A stretch of 64,000 nucleotides of DNA. It comes from a virus. Taxonomy: Duplodnaviria > Caudoviricetes. The notes beneath the pieces were generated by a model. That model saw only the letters and a list, made by a program, of their open reading frames with translations. It ran no database searches and had not been told where the DNA came from. A program made the translations under genes and the position numbers. Within the stretch, counting starts at the first letter, position 1; every line of letters starts with the position of its first letter. Of this stretch, positions 18,592-27,618 are shown piece after piece. The DNA is taken from IMG/VR virus record IMGVR_UViG_2894682665_000004, positions 309 to 64,308 of that record; one strand, 5' to 3'.

Positions 18592-18725
18592 AAAAGGCCA
18601 GCTCATCCGGGCTGGCTTATCGAATAAGGGTGACCATGAGGCGCTGATCTCTTTTTACGGTTATTCACTAAATATAGTCTATTGCTGTGCGTTTTCTTGC
18701 TACATGAACCCTTACCGTTAAGCCT

Positions 18726-18917
18726 ATGGAAGGACTATCCGCTGAACAATCGCCCGAGCCGCATCAACCCACCATATCGCAGCAGCAGTTCGATGCCGCC
18801 AATGATTTTCTATCCATCTGTGATCGGTTGTCGAATGAGTACGACAGCGGCTATTATTGGGCTGATGTGCAGCGGGCCCTACGTATTGCCGCTGGACTTG
18901 AGAAATGGCCTGAATAA
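18726..18917 (+). CDS. Hypothetical protein
   Basis: 63-aa ORF with protein-like composition. Confidence 0.45.
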   Translation: MEGLSAEQSPEPHQPTISQQQFDAANDFLSICDRLSNEYDSGYYWADVQRALRIAAGLEKWPE

Positions 18918-18984
18918 GCAATAAGCTTATAGTGGGCAATCATACCTACCCCTAAAGTGCCCAAAAGCAATAGGGCATGCTCGT

Positions 18985-19138
18985 GAAAAACGAGGTTTAA
19001 GCGGATCGATCATGTTCGCTGAGTAAACCGACTAGTTTGAAGCTAAAGTAGGCGGATAACCGTGGCTATGGTAGCGTTATGATCCTGAAATAAGGGTCTC
19101 CTTTTCGTGAGTCGTCTAGAAAAACGAGGTTTAGGCGG
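18985..19138. repeat. 20-bp direct repeat pair
   Basis: gaaaaacgaggttta(a/g)gcgg at 18985-19004 and 19119-19138. Confidence 0.7.
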
Positions 19139-19322
19139 CGTTTTCGTCGACCTGTATGTAGCCGTTTACTATATTTTCTGATACTTCCCTTCTCTGCCAT
19201 CGTCTCACGCTCATCGTTGACAAGCCAGCCCGGATGGATAGGCGTCGAGGTCCGATCTTCATTGGCCTGTCGTTCGCCTATCCAGTACGGTTTCTTACCA
19301 CTTACTCCAGCATCGACCACGC

Positions 19323-19964
19323 ATGGCCCTACTCCAGCTCTCCGCTATCAAGCAACTCCAAAAAAGCATCACCCGCCAGAAACAGGCCGTCAGTAGCCAT
19401 TGCTTTAACTGGCCGTCTGATCAGGCCATAGCGCCGGACCTGTTCATCCGGATCAGTAAAGCCGAGCTACAGGTCGCTAACTTAGTATCCCAACTGGCGT
19501 TGCTTTACCAAGCCTGTCTGGCACTCGCCCAGGACAGGGTCATCGACGAGCCGTGGTCTTTTGAGGAGGAGCCGCCAATCGATCCCCTGGCTGGCATCCG
19601 CTTTGTGTTCCACGCTCAAACCGAGTGTGATTTGCCCCCCACCATTGAGCAGTACAAAGAACTCCATGAACTGGCTATGACCTACAGCCAGTTCCAGAAA
19701 GCCCGGCGGCAACTCGTGCAGGGGGTGACAAGTAGCTATCCTGAATTGACGGACCGGGGCGAGCTTAAACTCATACCCAAAAGGTCACTGACTCTCGCAG
19801 CCTGGGCCCAAAAAGAGTATCAGCAGGAAATTGCCGATATTGACGTTGACTACTGCTTAGGGGGTTACAATCAATTCTATCAGCAGAGTATGACCCTTCT
19901 GCAAGCGAACACCGATGGCCAGCGAACAGCCCTAAGTATCTTACAATTGATCAAACTACACTAA
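19323..19964 (+). CDS. Hypothetical helical protein (213 aa)
   Basis: Long ORF convergent with TOPRIM gene. Confidence 0.65.
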   Translation: MALLQLSAIKQLQKSITRQKQAVSSHCFNWPSDQAIAPDLFIRISKAELQVANLVSQLALLYQACLALAQDRVIDEPWSFEEEPPIDPLAGIRFVFHAQTECDLPPTIEQYKELHELAMTYSQFQKARRQLVQGVTSSYPELTDRGELKLIPKRSLTLAAWAQKEYQQEIADIDVDYCLGGYNQFYQQSMTLLQANTDGQRTALSILQLIKLH

Positions 19965-19979
19965 ATAGGAAGGCTTTCA

Positions 19980-21344
19980 TTAATTAATTTCCTGCCTTAA
20001 GTCCTCATTGAAGTCTTTGTTCAATGACTTGATGATTTGAACGCGCTGATTGAGCCGGGTCAGTTCCAGCAGGCTTGTACAAACGGCTGACAGCGGAGCG
20101 ATCGCTTCCGGAATAACCAGATCAAACTGCCCGTTGGTATCCACAACCATAAGGAGCTGGCTCTCCCCCGAGTCGGTCGTTATTGGCGAACCCATCCGAA
20201 CGCCATTGTTATAGGTAGCGATCCGGTCAAGTAGCGCCTCCCGCAGCGGCCAGTATCGTTCCTGGGCCGGAAGGCGATAACCGATCCGGCCAGGGCCAAC
20301 GGCGGTCGGGCGGATTGGCAATTGAATCGCGATGAGTTGCTGAATGAATTGCAGATCGAACAGATGCCCTTTGGTATCGTTGTCGAAAGCCAGGTTGATT
20401 CGCCAGGCGGGTGATTTTTTAAACGAGTCAATGTACCGGGTGATGGTATCGACCTGCTGGGGAGTAAGCTGCCCCCCGGTGGAAAAATAGACCGAATTAA
20501 TTGTATCATCTCCCCGCCTGGTCCGCAACTGCTTGTGCGAAAGCGCATCGATAGCGCTCTCCAGGACGAAAAACTGCTCCGCTATCGGCACCGGATTCGA
20601 CAGAAACACACTGTTGAGCCGATCACTACCGGGCGCATGCAGCTTTACCTGCTCATTGCGAAGTTCCAGTCCCGTCACGTCCGCTGACAGGCCATTGTAG
20701 TACGGAAACGCCACGTTCGTAAACTGGATGTACTGCCGCTGGGGATGCGCCTTTACCGTTGGGAACTGTTCGGCGTGGCCCCCTTTCGGATCATAATAGG
20801 TAACCTGGGAAACCACTTTACCCGCAAACTCAGGACTATTGATCGTTTCGGGAGAAATTTGCCGCTTGATGAGGTAGTTCTCGTTCTCCAGCGGTCGGAT
20901 ATCAAACAACGCTACATCAAAGGCCTCCTTTGGTTTATCATCGGGCAACCGGACCGCCATTTGCGGATTGCGGACAATCAATTCAGCGTCGACCTGGAGG
21001 TAGCTGTAAAGGACACTGGTTATGTTTTTGAACTCATTGTCAGCCGGTTGATTGAACTGACTAAAAACCGTTACCAGTCGATTCCGGATAAAGTCAATGA
21101 TCGTACCCGAGTCGGCAAAGTCACCGGCGCGCTGATAGACCTGTTGGGCAGGATTTCGGGGATTTTTGATGACAATTCGATCCTGATAAGCGGTGTGTTC
21201 CAGTACCGGCCGACTATGCCCTTTGTTGGGTTGCAGCTCGTACCCATAATGCAAAGCCAGTTCGATAATCGAGACGGTAGCCCGAAGTTCCTGAACAGGA
21301 ATCAGATTGGGAAAGCGCTTCCGGAGTTCATCGAGCTTTGTCAT
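19980..21344 (-). CDS. TOPRIM-domain primase-like protein of Bacteroidota mobilisable/conjugative elements
   Basis: SGTIIDFIRNR N-domain; FFVLESAIDALSH...YFSTGG...LAFDNDTKG TOPRIM motifs. Confidence 0.82.
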   Translation of the reverse strand: MTKLDELRKRFPNLIPVQELRATVSIIELALHYGYELQPNKGHSRPVLEHTAYQDRIVIKNPRNPAQQVYQRAGDFADSGTIIDFIRNRLVTVFSQFNQPADNEFKNITSVLYSYLQVDAELIVRNPQMAVRLPDDKPKEAFDVALFDIRPLENENYLIKRQISPETINSPEFAGKVVSQVTYYDPKGGHAEQFPTVKAHPQRQYIQFTNVAFPYYNGLSADVTGLELRNEQVKLHAPGSDRLNSVFLSNPVPIAEQFFVLESAIDALSHKQLRTRRGDDTINSVYFSTGGQLTPQQVDTITRYIDSFKKSPAWRINLAFDNDTKGHLFDLQFIQQLIAIQLPIRPTAVGPGRIGYRLPAQERYWPLREALLDRIATYNNGVRMGSPITTDSGESQLLMVVDTNGQFDLVIPEAIAPLSAVCTSLLELTRLNQRVQIIKSLNKDFNEDLRQEIN

Positions 21345-21549
21345 TAGTCAAAGTAAGGCATTTTAGCCGATACGCCAGACTTATACAACCCGTGATTCAG
21401 GCCGGGCTGTGCTTCAACCCGGCATTGGCACCATTACCGACCTGAAGTATCTGTTGATGCTGATCAATTACCAGTATCAGAGCACGGTTGAGCCCAGCCC
21501 CAACCCGATGAATTAGGGGGCTATCTTCCAAACAGCCGGCATACCTTCG

Positions 21550-21825
21550 TTAGCCGACGGTTCCCTCTAGTTTGAAGAACCGGCCAAAGGACGTTAGACT
21601 AATGTTGAGAAACAGGCCAAAGTGGCCGCTTTCCATCAAGTCCAGATAGATTCGCTGATGATCTTTATCCACACTGATCACAAAGCCTTTGGTGCCTACC
21701 CGAATAATACCCGGACTGGCCGAGGAAGTGATCTGAATGATTCCTTTCGAAATGTAATCGGCATTTAGGCGAATCTCAGCCGTGGAAACCACCCGGTCGC
21801 TGGCTTTAAATGGTCGTAACGTCAT
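21550..21825 (-). CDS. Hypothetical protein (SH3-like beta fold suspected)
   Basis: 91-aa ORF. Confidence 0.45.
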   Translation of the reverse strand: MTLRPFKASDRVVSTAEIRLNADYISKGIIQITSSASPGIIRVGTKGFVISVDKDHQRIYLDLMESGHFGLFLNISLTSFGRFFKLEGTVG

Positions 21826-21917
21826 GATTATGATGCAGATATATTAACTACAAAGCAACTTAGTAACGAAACTACTGTCGATCCATTCGGGGTTCTACGC
21901 TAAATATACCGCCTAAC

Positions 21918-21950
21918 AAAAAACCCCGGACCTATCAGCTCCGGGGTTTT
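21918..21950 (-). terminator. Late-operon terminator after endolysin
   Basis: aaaaccccgga / tccggggtttt stem, T-run on minus strand. Confidence 0.75.
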
Positions 21951-21970
21951 CCGACTACAAACCTACTTTC

Positions 21971-22423
21971 TTAACTAAAATACAGATTGGCCTCCCGCTC
22001 CCGACGAGCTACCAGTACCGGTAGTTTGACTTTCTCGCCGTTTCTGGTACCGAACACCCACCGGTTAAACTGCTTCCGGATATCAGGATCACGAGGGTTT
22101 TTATTAATCACCTTCAGCAGCGTCGAGCCTCTGAATGCCCCCTCGCCGGCGTTAAAGGCAAAACTGACGCAGGCGTCAAACATCTGCTGCGTGAGCGGCT
22201 GAGTAACACACTTATTGACGCAGGCCTCGAAGCGGTCGAGATCCGAATCGAGCAGCCGCAGCGCTTCGGCCGAGGTGATGGTTTTGCCCATGAACACGTC
22301 GGGGCCCGTATGACCGATGCCAATGGTGGGCACACCCACCTGGTCGCGGTAGGCTTTGAGTTTGCAGCCTTCCTCATTCTTAATGAAGTCGATGCCGCGC
22401 ACGGAAATTTTGTAGCTATTCAT
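21971..22423 (-). CDS. Endolysin, GH24 lysozyme
   Basis: IKNEEGCKLKAYRDQVGVPTIGIGHT (E..D..T triad), SFAFNAG, LVARREREANLY. Confidence 0.95.
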   Translation of the reverse strand: MNSYKISVRGIDFIKNEEGCKLKAYRDQVGVPTIGIGHTGPDVFMGKTITSAEALRLLDSDLDRFEACVNKCVTQPLTQQMFDACVSFAFNAGEGAFRGSTLLKVINKNPRDPDIRKQFNRWVFGTRNGEKVKLPVLVARREREANLYFS

Positions 22424-22569
22424 ACAAGTTACGCTAGTTTACGGTAGAACTTTTATGTGATTGTGTGCGTGTCTGTGTGCATTACCGGCTAGGCCAACTA
22501 GCTCATAAACAGCGCGCTCTTACTTGCCTGGGATCGTGACGGTTATGTGACTGTGCGGCTTGTGGGCGG

Positions 22570-23001
22570 TTAAAACTTTTCCAGTACTGACTTGATCCAC
22601 CGCTTGCGGCCCCAGCCCAACAGGCGCGTACGCAGCAGCTCACTCTCCAGTTCCGATCGCAGTTCTTTGATCTGCCCGTTCGATTCGACGAGCGCCTGGC
22701 CAACCTGGCGCTCCCGGCCGCTGGCGGTCGTCAGCTTGGCGTTGGCCTGATCCTGCAAGGCCTTGATGCGGGCGTCTTTCTCCTGGATCAGATCGCGGCC
22801 GGCCAGCCTAGTCTGTTGCAATAGACTCACCGACTCGTTGTATTTGCTGGTCATCTGCTCCAGCTGCTGTTTGTAGGTAATGGCCTGCGTGCAGCAGTCG
22901 GGTATGGGTACAGGTTGCCCCTGGGCGACGAGGGCCGACCAGACCAGCAGGGCCAGCACGGCCGTCAGCCCCGCGATGATTTTTTCGGTTTGGTTTTTCA
23001 T
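22570..23001 (-). CDS. Signal/TM-anchored coiled-coil protein, spanin-like
   Basis: Start MKNQTEK at 23001; N-terminal hydrophobic stretch, CC pair, long coiled coil; directly upstream of endolysin. Confidence 0.6.
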   Translation of the reverse strand: MKNQTEKIIAGLTAVLALLVWSALVAQGQPVPIPDCCTQAITYKQQLEQMTSKYNESVSLLQQTRLAGRDLIQEKDARIKALQDQANAKLTTASGRERQVGQALVESNGQIKELRSELESELLRTRLLGWGRKRWIKSVLEKF

Positions 23002-23228
23002 GGGTTGATCTGGTTTAGGGAGTCCCACCGGGCTTTGGCGGATTGTTCGCTCGGCCGGGGGGCGGTAAACACCGAGTCGGGCCGGGTTTCGCCCAGCACG
23101 TAGACGGTCTTTTTCTGCCGGTACTGTTGGTAGAAGCCCCGGCCGATCAGGCCCAGGGCCGTCAGGGTGAAGGCGAGCAGCAGCAGCTTCAGCCCGTTCT
23201 TTTTGAGGTATGACTTTACTTGATCCAT
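22998..23228 (-). CDS. Small single-TM lysis-cassette protein
   Basis: LKLLLLAFTLTALGLIG TM; coupled to both neighbours. Confidence 0.6.
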   Translation of the reverse strand: MDQVKSYLKKNGLKLLLLAFTLTALGLIGRGFYQQYRQKKTVYVLGETRPDSVFTAPRPSEQSAKARWDSLNQINP

Positions 23229-23677
23229 TTGTCAAAGGTTTGTTCCATCCGCACTTTCATGCCCGCCAGCGTCTCCTTGATATCCTGCGCCATCTCCTTG
23301 GTTTCGGTTACCTCTTCGCCCAGCTTGGCCACCTTTTCCGACAGCTGGCGGGCGTGGTTCTCGGTTTGCAGCTCCAGCTTGGTGGTGCGCTCGGCGATGT
23401 GCTCGCGCCAGGTCTGCCACTCGCGCAGGTTGGCCTGGTAGGTGGTCTTGTGCTCAGCCAGGTTATCGGCAATCGCCTTCAGCTTGGCTTCTTCGTATTG
23501 TTCGGCCTTTTCGGCGGGTCGGGTAAACAGGGAGCGAAACAAGTAGCCGGCCAGGGCCGACACCAAGGCCGCAATGCCGGTTTGCACCAGGGCGGCCGCG
23601 CCCCCGCCCGAATCGGACGCAATGGCGATGTTGGCCGGCTTGTCGACGTGTTGCAGCAGCAGAAAAAAAAGTGTCAT
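23216..23677 (-). CDS. TM + coiled-coil protein, holin-like position
   Basis: ALVQTGIAALVSALAGYLF TM then coiled coil. Confidence 0.6.
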   Translation of the reverse strand: MTLFFLLLQHVDKPANIAIASDSGGGAAALVQTGIAALVSALAGYLFRSLFTRPAEKAEQYEEAKLKAIADNLAEHKTTYQANLREWQTWREHIAERTTKLELQTENHARQLSEKVAKLGEEVTETKEMAQDIKETLAGMKVRMEQTFDKWIK

Positions 23678-23705
23678 TCGTTCAGTACAGTTACGGAGGT
23701 AGTGG

Positions 23706-23969
23706 TTAATTGGTAAGGGGGTTTTCGATCTTGGCGATCGAGACCAGGTAGGTCAGTAGTTCTCGGATCGCCTGCGAGGAAGCCCCCACAATGAAGGCCG
23801 CTACGGGGATTAGCCAGTCCATTTTCTGACTCGACAAATGGTTGCTGAAGGCCGAGATGCCGGCTCCGGAGATAGAAGTGGTTGACAGCCGGTCGAGTAC
23901 GCGGTTGATCGCGTTCATCGTCGCGATCGTCCGGCGGTCGAACTGGAGTAATTTGGGGGTTGTGTCCAT
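23706..23969 (-). CDS. Small membrane protein, holin candidate
   Basis: 87 aa, hydrophobic WLIPVAAFIVGAS segment. Confidence 0.5.
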   Translation of the reverse strand: MDTTPKLLQFDRRTIATMNAINRVLDRLSTTSISGAGISAFSNHLSSQKMDWLIPVAAFIVGASSQAIRELLTYLVSIAKIENPLTN

Positions 23970-24024
23970 GGTTACGTTACGGTATTTTATTTACGGTTTT
24001 ACAAAAGCGTATCTTTGGGGCACC

Positions 24025-24129
24025 ATGAGTAAAAAGTCATTTCCCTTTCCCGGTCCCTGGACACTGGTGGCGTTGGTCAGCGGCTATCTGTTTTATTTGG
24101 CCGTGAAGTGGCTTATCGGGCTGTTTTAG
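24025..24129 (+). CDS. 34-aa single-TM peptide antisense to late operon
   Basis: MSKKSFPFPGPWTLVALVSGYLFYLAVKWLIGLF; TATCTTTG -7 box at 24010-24017. Confidence 0.55.
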   Translation: MSKKSFPFPGPWTLVALVSGYLFYLAVKWLIGLF

Positions 24130-24141
24130 CTGCTAGACTTT

Positions 24142-24573
24142 CTAGTCGATGTAGGCGATCCAGCAGATATTGAGATTGGTCAGCACGGATATACCGTTGA
24201 TCTTGATATAAATATTGGTGCTGTCTGCCGTCCAGCTGGTGCCAAGCGACAAGGGCGTATTATACTGAAACGAGTACTGGACATTGACGGGCGTTGCGCT
24301 TAGCCCGTGCGGAATCGTGAAGCTCTGCGTACCGATCGCCAGCGTCAGCACGGTAAACACCCCTCTGGCCTGAGTGAGCGGCTCGGACTTTACCCACCGG
24401 CCCACCGGCCAGCTGCCGATCACTTTCTTGCCGTCGTCAGTCCCTGTCGACAAATCATCCCAGAAAAACAGGCCACCCATTTTATCATTCATGACAACCC
24501 CATACCGGACGATGGCAAAGCTGGAGGAGGTTCCTTTTTGCGCCCGGAGCGCGGTTAAGTTTTCAAAGCGCAT
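24142..24573 (-). CDS. Tail fibre/spike-associated protein
   Basis: GGLFFWDDLSTGTDDGKKVI...GRW tailspike head motif; C-terminal FTIPHGLSATP domain. Confidence 0.7.
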   Translation of the reverse strand: MRFENLTALRAQKGTSSSFAIVRYGVVMNDKMGGLFFWDDLSTGTDDGKKVIGSWPVGRWVKSEPLTQARGVFTVLTLAIGTQSFTIPHGLSATPVNVQYSFQYNTPLSLGTSWTADSTNIYIKINGISVLTNLNICWIAYID

Positions 24574-25007
24574 CAGCGTAGCTCGATTGAATAGATGAGG
24601 TTATTACTGCCCGGTACCGGTGCGGTCGTGTAGTAGATCGTTACGTTGGTAGCGTCCACAGTATAGTAGCGGATATTGGCCGCGTCGTTGCTGTTGGGAT
24701 GGACGGCCACAAAGCTTGGCGTAAAACCCAGGCTGTGGGCGACGGTAAAGGTGGTTTGATTGCCCGTACCGGACAGCGACGCACTCAGCGGATAGGTACC
24801 AAACGGTTTACCATTGACGGTTACATTGTTGCCCGTGATCGACAGGCCCGGTATGCCCAGGTTCGCTTTGGCCGTGGCCACGTTTCCCAGATCGGACAGG
24901 TTGGCGCTTTTGGCCATGCCCCCGATTTGATCGAGCGTCGGCATCGGACCGGGGGTGATTTGGGCGAAACTGGCAGTAGAGACTAGCAGAAACAAAATCG
25001 CTTTCAT
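24573..25007 (-). CDS. Signal-peptide protein with tail-fibre repeat
   Basis: MKAILFLLVSTASFAQ; AKSANLSDLGNVATAKANLGI fibre motif; C-terminal FTVAHSLGFTP domain. Confidence 0.75.
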   Translation of the reverse strand: MKAILFLLVSTASFAQITPGPMPTLDQIGGMAKSANLSDLGNVATAKANLGIPGLSITGNNVTVNGKPFGTYPLSASLSGTGNQTTFTVAHSLGFTPSFVAVHPNSNDAANIRYYTVDATNVTIYYTTAPVPGSNNLIYSIELR

Positions 25008-25014
25008 GGTCTCG

Positions 25015-27027
25015 CTAGTTTGGTGTAACCGCCAGCCCTACTACGCCTGTCGCTTGGCTGGTTGCAGAGGTGATAACAAACTCATAGATCTGGCCAGCAC
25101 CCACAGTGCTTGGATTGCCAGTAGTCAGCGTGGCACTTCCCTGATTTGCCGGTATAGTGATTGTCCCTATCAGCGTGTTAGTGGGGTAGGTCTTGTTGTA
25201 TACATCGACCGTTACGGATTGTGCGATTGGCTCTGTAAGGAAAATGCTTAGTGTTGCTCCGTCCGCCATTGTTAAAGGGCAGTGGACAAATCCACGATTG
25301 TTCTGCGCATGTGGTATAACTGATCGTAACGTGAACACAGCTTCATAGGCGCGGGGCGAGGGCTTATCGTCGGCAAAGAATAAAGCAGCTGGCTTGCCTA
25401 CGTAGCTGCTGTAATCGGTACTACCCATCCCCGTAGTGCGAACATAGCGAGCGCTAGTCGTACTGCTGCGCGTGGGGTTTCCGGTGCTTAGGCTCACTAT
25501 GGCGGAGGTTGTGCCACCGACCGCGAGTTGACCCGCCTTGAACCCGCCTAGGTACTTGGTCGATAGTCGGGGTGAGTCGCTACTGAACACAAAGTCGATA
25601 TAGCCCACTCCACCCCCGGCGATGGTGCCTACGTAGTACTCTTTGCTATTTTTTACTTGCGTATCGACATAACTATCATTTGCAATGAAGCTAAACGTAT
25701 TGTCCTGATAGATTTCGATTGTGTTGCCGCCCGTAGCCTGCATTGCCCCCGTGGGACTCACGCCTGTCAGCCGGGTATTTGCTCCCGACACACTTGCTGC
25801 ATAGTTAGAAAAATACTGCGCTGCTTTCGAATTAATGACAACATAAATCGCCTTTTGTCCCGTTGCGGCAGTGAACGCTGTTAGGCTCATTCCCAAATCC
25901 ACATAATTGCTGCCAATGCCAACCAGTTTGAGGTCTGCTACCTTTTTGTAGCGAACATCGCCCCGGAAATAGCCAGGGTAATAATCCCACACATTGCCAC
26001 CCAGGTTAGTTACTTTGAGTTCAGCATCGTACTTTTTTGCCTGGTTAATCAGCGTAGACGGTGGGACCAGAAATTCAGCAAAGGCACTCGCTCTGGCACT
26101 GTATCCCGCGCCGGACGGGTGAACCAGATCGCCCAGCAAGGGAAGTTGTGTACCTGCCGTTAATGTTGTGGTGGACTGGCCAAATACCCTATCCCAGGTA
26201 TCGAATAGGCGAACCCCAGAAAAGTCGTTACGTACAGCGAGATACCCATTCCGTAGGCCCTGATTCCATTTTTCGACAAGTGCCTGATCCGTTGGTAAAT
26301 CCTGCCCAAAGTTGGGATACGCTGTTGAACTTGGAAATCCCTGCCCAGCCGTGAAGGGTCGCGCCGTCATCGGGTTAGGCGTGCGCAAGATGATCTTGTC
26401 TTTTGGATAGGCTTTCTGAATGCGCGTGATGGCGGTACGTAGGCGTTGTGCGATGTAATCGCTTATCTGGGCCTGCGTCAGGTTACCCGTAGCGGCATAC
26501 AGAATTAGGTCGTTGATGCCGTAACAAACCACCCAGCATACCTTATCGGCTTTACCAGCCCGCCAGTTGAGTTGCGTAGCGAGTGAGGTGGCCCCGCTTG
26601 GTTTGTGCCCGTAGTAATCCCACTGATTGATACCCGCATTCGTGGTCACAATGGTAGGGGGCGTAGCTGCGGCCCCGGTTAGCCAGTCGTCCAGGCGGTG
26701 TCCGGAAGCCCCAAAACTGACCGTCCCGACGACACGCTCCAAAACTTCGCCCGGCTTGCGCAGTTCGGTAAGCCGATCGAATCCGTACCCCGAACCCTGG
26801 TCCTGCTCGGTGGTGGAGTCGCCACTAAAAAGAAACAGCACATTGTCGGGCGAGAAATCACCCAGCCCGCCCACCGAAACGATATTCAACGCATCCGCCA
26901 CCATGACCGATTCGCTGCCCGTGCCCGTTGGTGTGTACGAGGTAGTACCACTACCGCCACTGGGTTTATACACCTGCGCCTGCACCAATCCTGCGCAGAG
27001 CAGTAAAAAAACGAGTATCTTCTTCAT
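25015..27027 (-). CDS. SGNH/GDSL hydrolase (putative polysaccharide deacetylase) with signal peptide
   Basis: MKKILVFLLLCAGLVQAQ; FSGDSTT, YGINDL, DLVHP catalytic blocks. Confidence 0.85.
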   Translation of the reverse strand: MKKILVFLLLCAGLVQAQVYKPSGGSGTTSYTPTGTGSESVMVADALNIVSVGGLGDFSPDNVLFLFSGDSTTEQDQGSGYGFDRLTELRKPGEVLERVVGTVSFGASGHRLDDWLTGAAATPPTIVTTNAGINQWDYYGHKPSGATSLATQLNWRAGKADKVCWVVCYGINDLILYAATGNLTQAQISDYIAQRLRTAITRIQKAYPKDKIILRTPNPMTARPFTAGQGFPSSTAYPNFGQDLPTDQALVEKWNQGLRNGYLAVRNDFSGVRLFDTWDRVFGQSTTTLTAGTQLPLLGDLVHPSGAGYSARASAFAEFLVPPSTLINQAKKYDAELKVTNLGGNVWDYYPGYFRGDVRYKKVADLKLVGIGSNYVDLGMSLTAFTAATGQKAIYVVINSKAAQYFSNYAASVSGANTRLTGVSPTGAMQATGGNTIEIYQDNTFSFIANDSYVDTQVKNSKEYYVGTIAGGGVGYIDFVFSSDSPRLSTKYLGGFKAGQLAVGGTTSAIVSLSTGNPTRSSTTSARYVRTTGMGSTDYSSYVGKPAALFFADDKPSPRAYEAVFTLRSVIPHAQNNRGFVHCPLTMADGATLSIFLTEPIAQSVTVDVYNKTYPTNTLIGTITIPANQGSATLTTGNPSTVGAGQIYEFVITSATSQATGVVGLAVTPN

Positions 27028-27033
27028 AGGTTG

Positions 27034-27594
27034 TTAGCGGGTTCCAATGATTAAAAATGTGTTGCCAGCGCCGGGATCATAGGTGATCGCTCCATGTTTG
27101 ATGCCTGGAATAGCAGGAAACGTAAAGCCCGTTTGAGCCGCCAAGGGTTGTCCCATCAGGGTTCCGCTGGTGGTGCCGTTGTTGAATACACTCACGAAGT
27201 AGGCTCCGGCTGCTATTGTACCGGCGGTCGTGGCCGGCGTGTTAAAATCAGTACCAGTTGTGGTTGTGATCGTGACGTTACCGCCCCCACCGCCGCCCGA
27301 CGCGGGAATAGCCGCTTCGTAGTTGGCCAGCGCGGTCGCCACCGTGGTGCCCCAGGCGCTGCCATCCGCCTTTTGAAAGTTGGCCACCTCGTAGGGAAAC
27401 GAGTAGCCGCCGACGCGCACGTTGATGCTGCTGCCGGCTGCGGTCACGGCGATATCGCCCGGGGCGAACGTGCCACTGATAGAGGTGCCCCGCACGCCGA
27501 CCTGATCGCCGACGCGGTAGAGTTTGATAATGTTCTGCCCGAAGCCGATGCTGGCCAGCAGGCACAAGAGGGGAATTAACAGGAGTCGTTTCAT
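27034..27594 (-). CDS. Signal-peptide Gly/Thr-rich beta protein
   Basis: MKRLLLIPLLCLLASIGFGQ; GGGGG linker. Confidence 0.75.
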   Translation of the reverse strand: MKRLLLIPLLCLLASIGFGQNIIKLYRVGDQVGVRGTSISGTFAPGDIAVTAAGSSINVRVGGYSFPYEVANFQKADGSAWGTTVATALANYEAAIPASGGGGGGNVTITTTTGTDFNTPATTAGTIAAGAYFVSVFNNGTTSGTLMGQPLAAQTGFTFPAIPGIKHGAITYDPGAGNTFLIIGTR

Positions 27595-27618
27595 GGTATA
27601 CAGGGGGATTAATTAAGA

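Noticed and set aside
20745-21347. 200-aa + strand ORF
   Set aside because: Shadow of the TOPRIM gene
22456-22480. GT-rich run upstream of the endolysin
   Set aside because: Short and imperfect; no evidence of phase variation
23002-23235. N-terminal extension of the 221-aa ORF
   Set aside because: Overlaps the real 22998-23228 gene; the signal-bearing start at 23001 fits better
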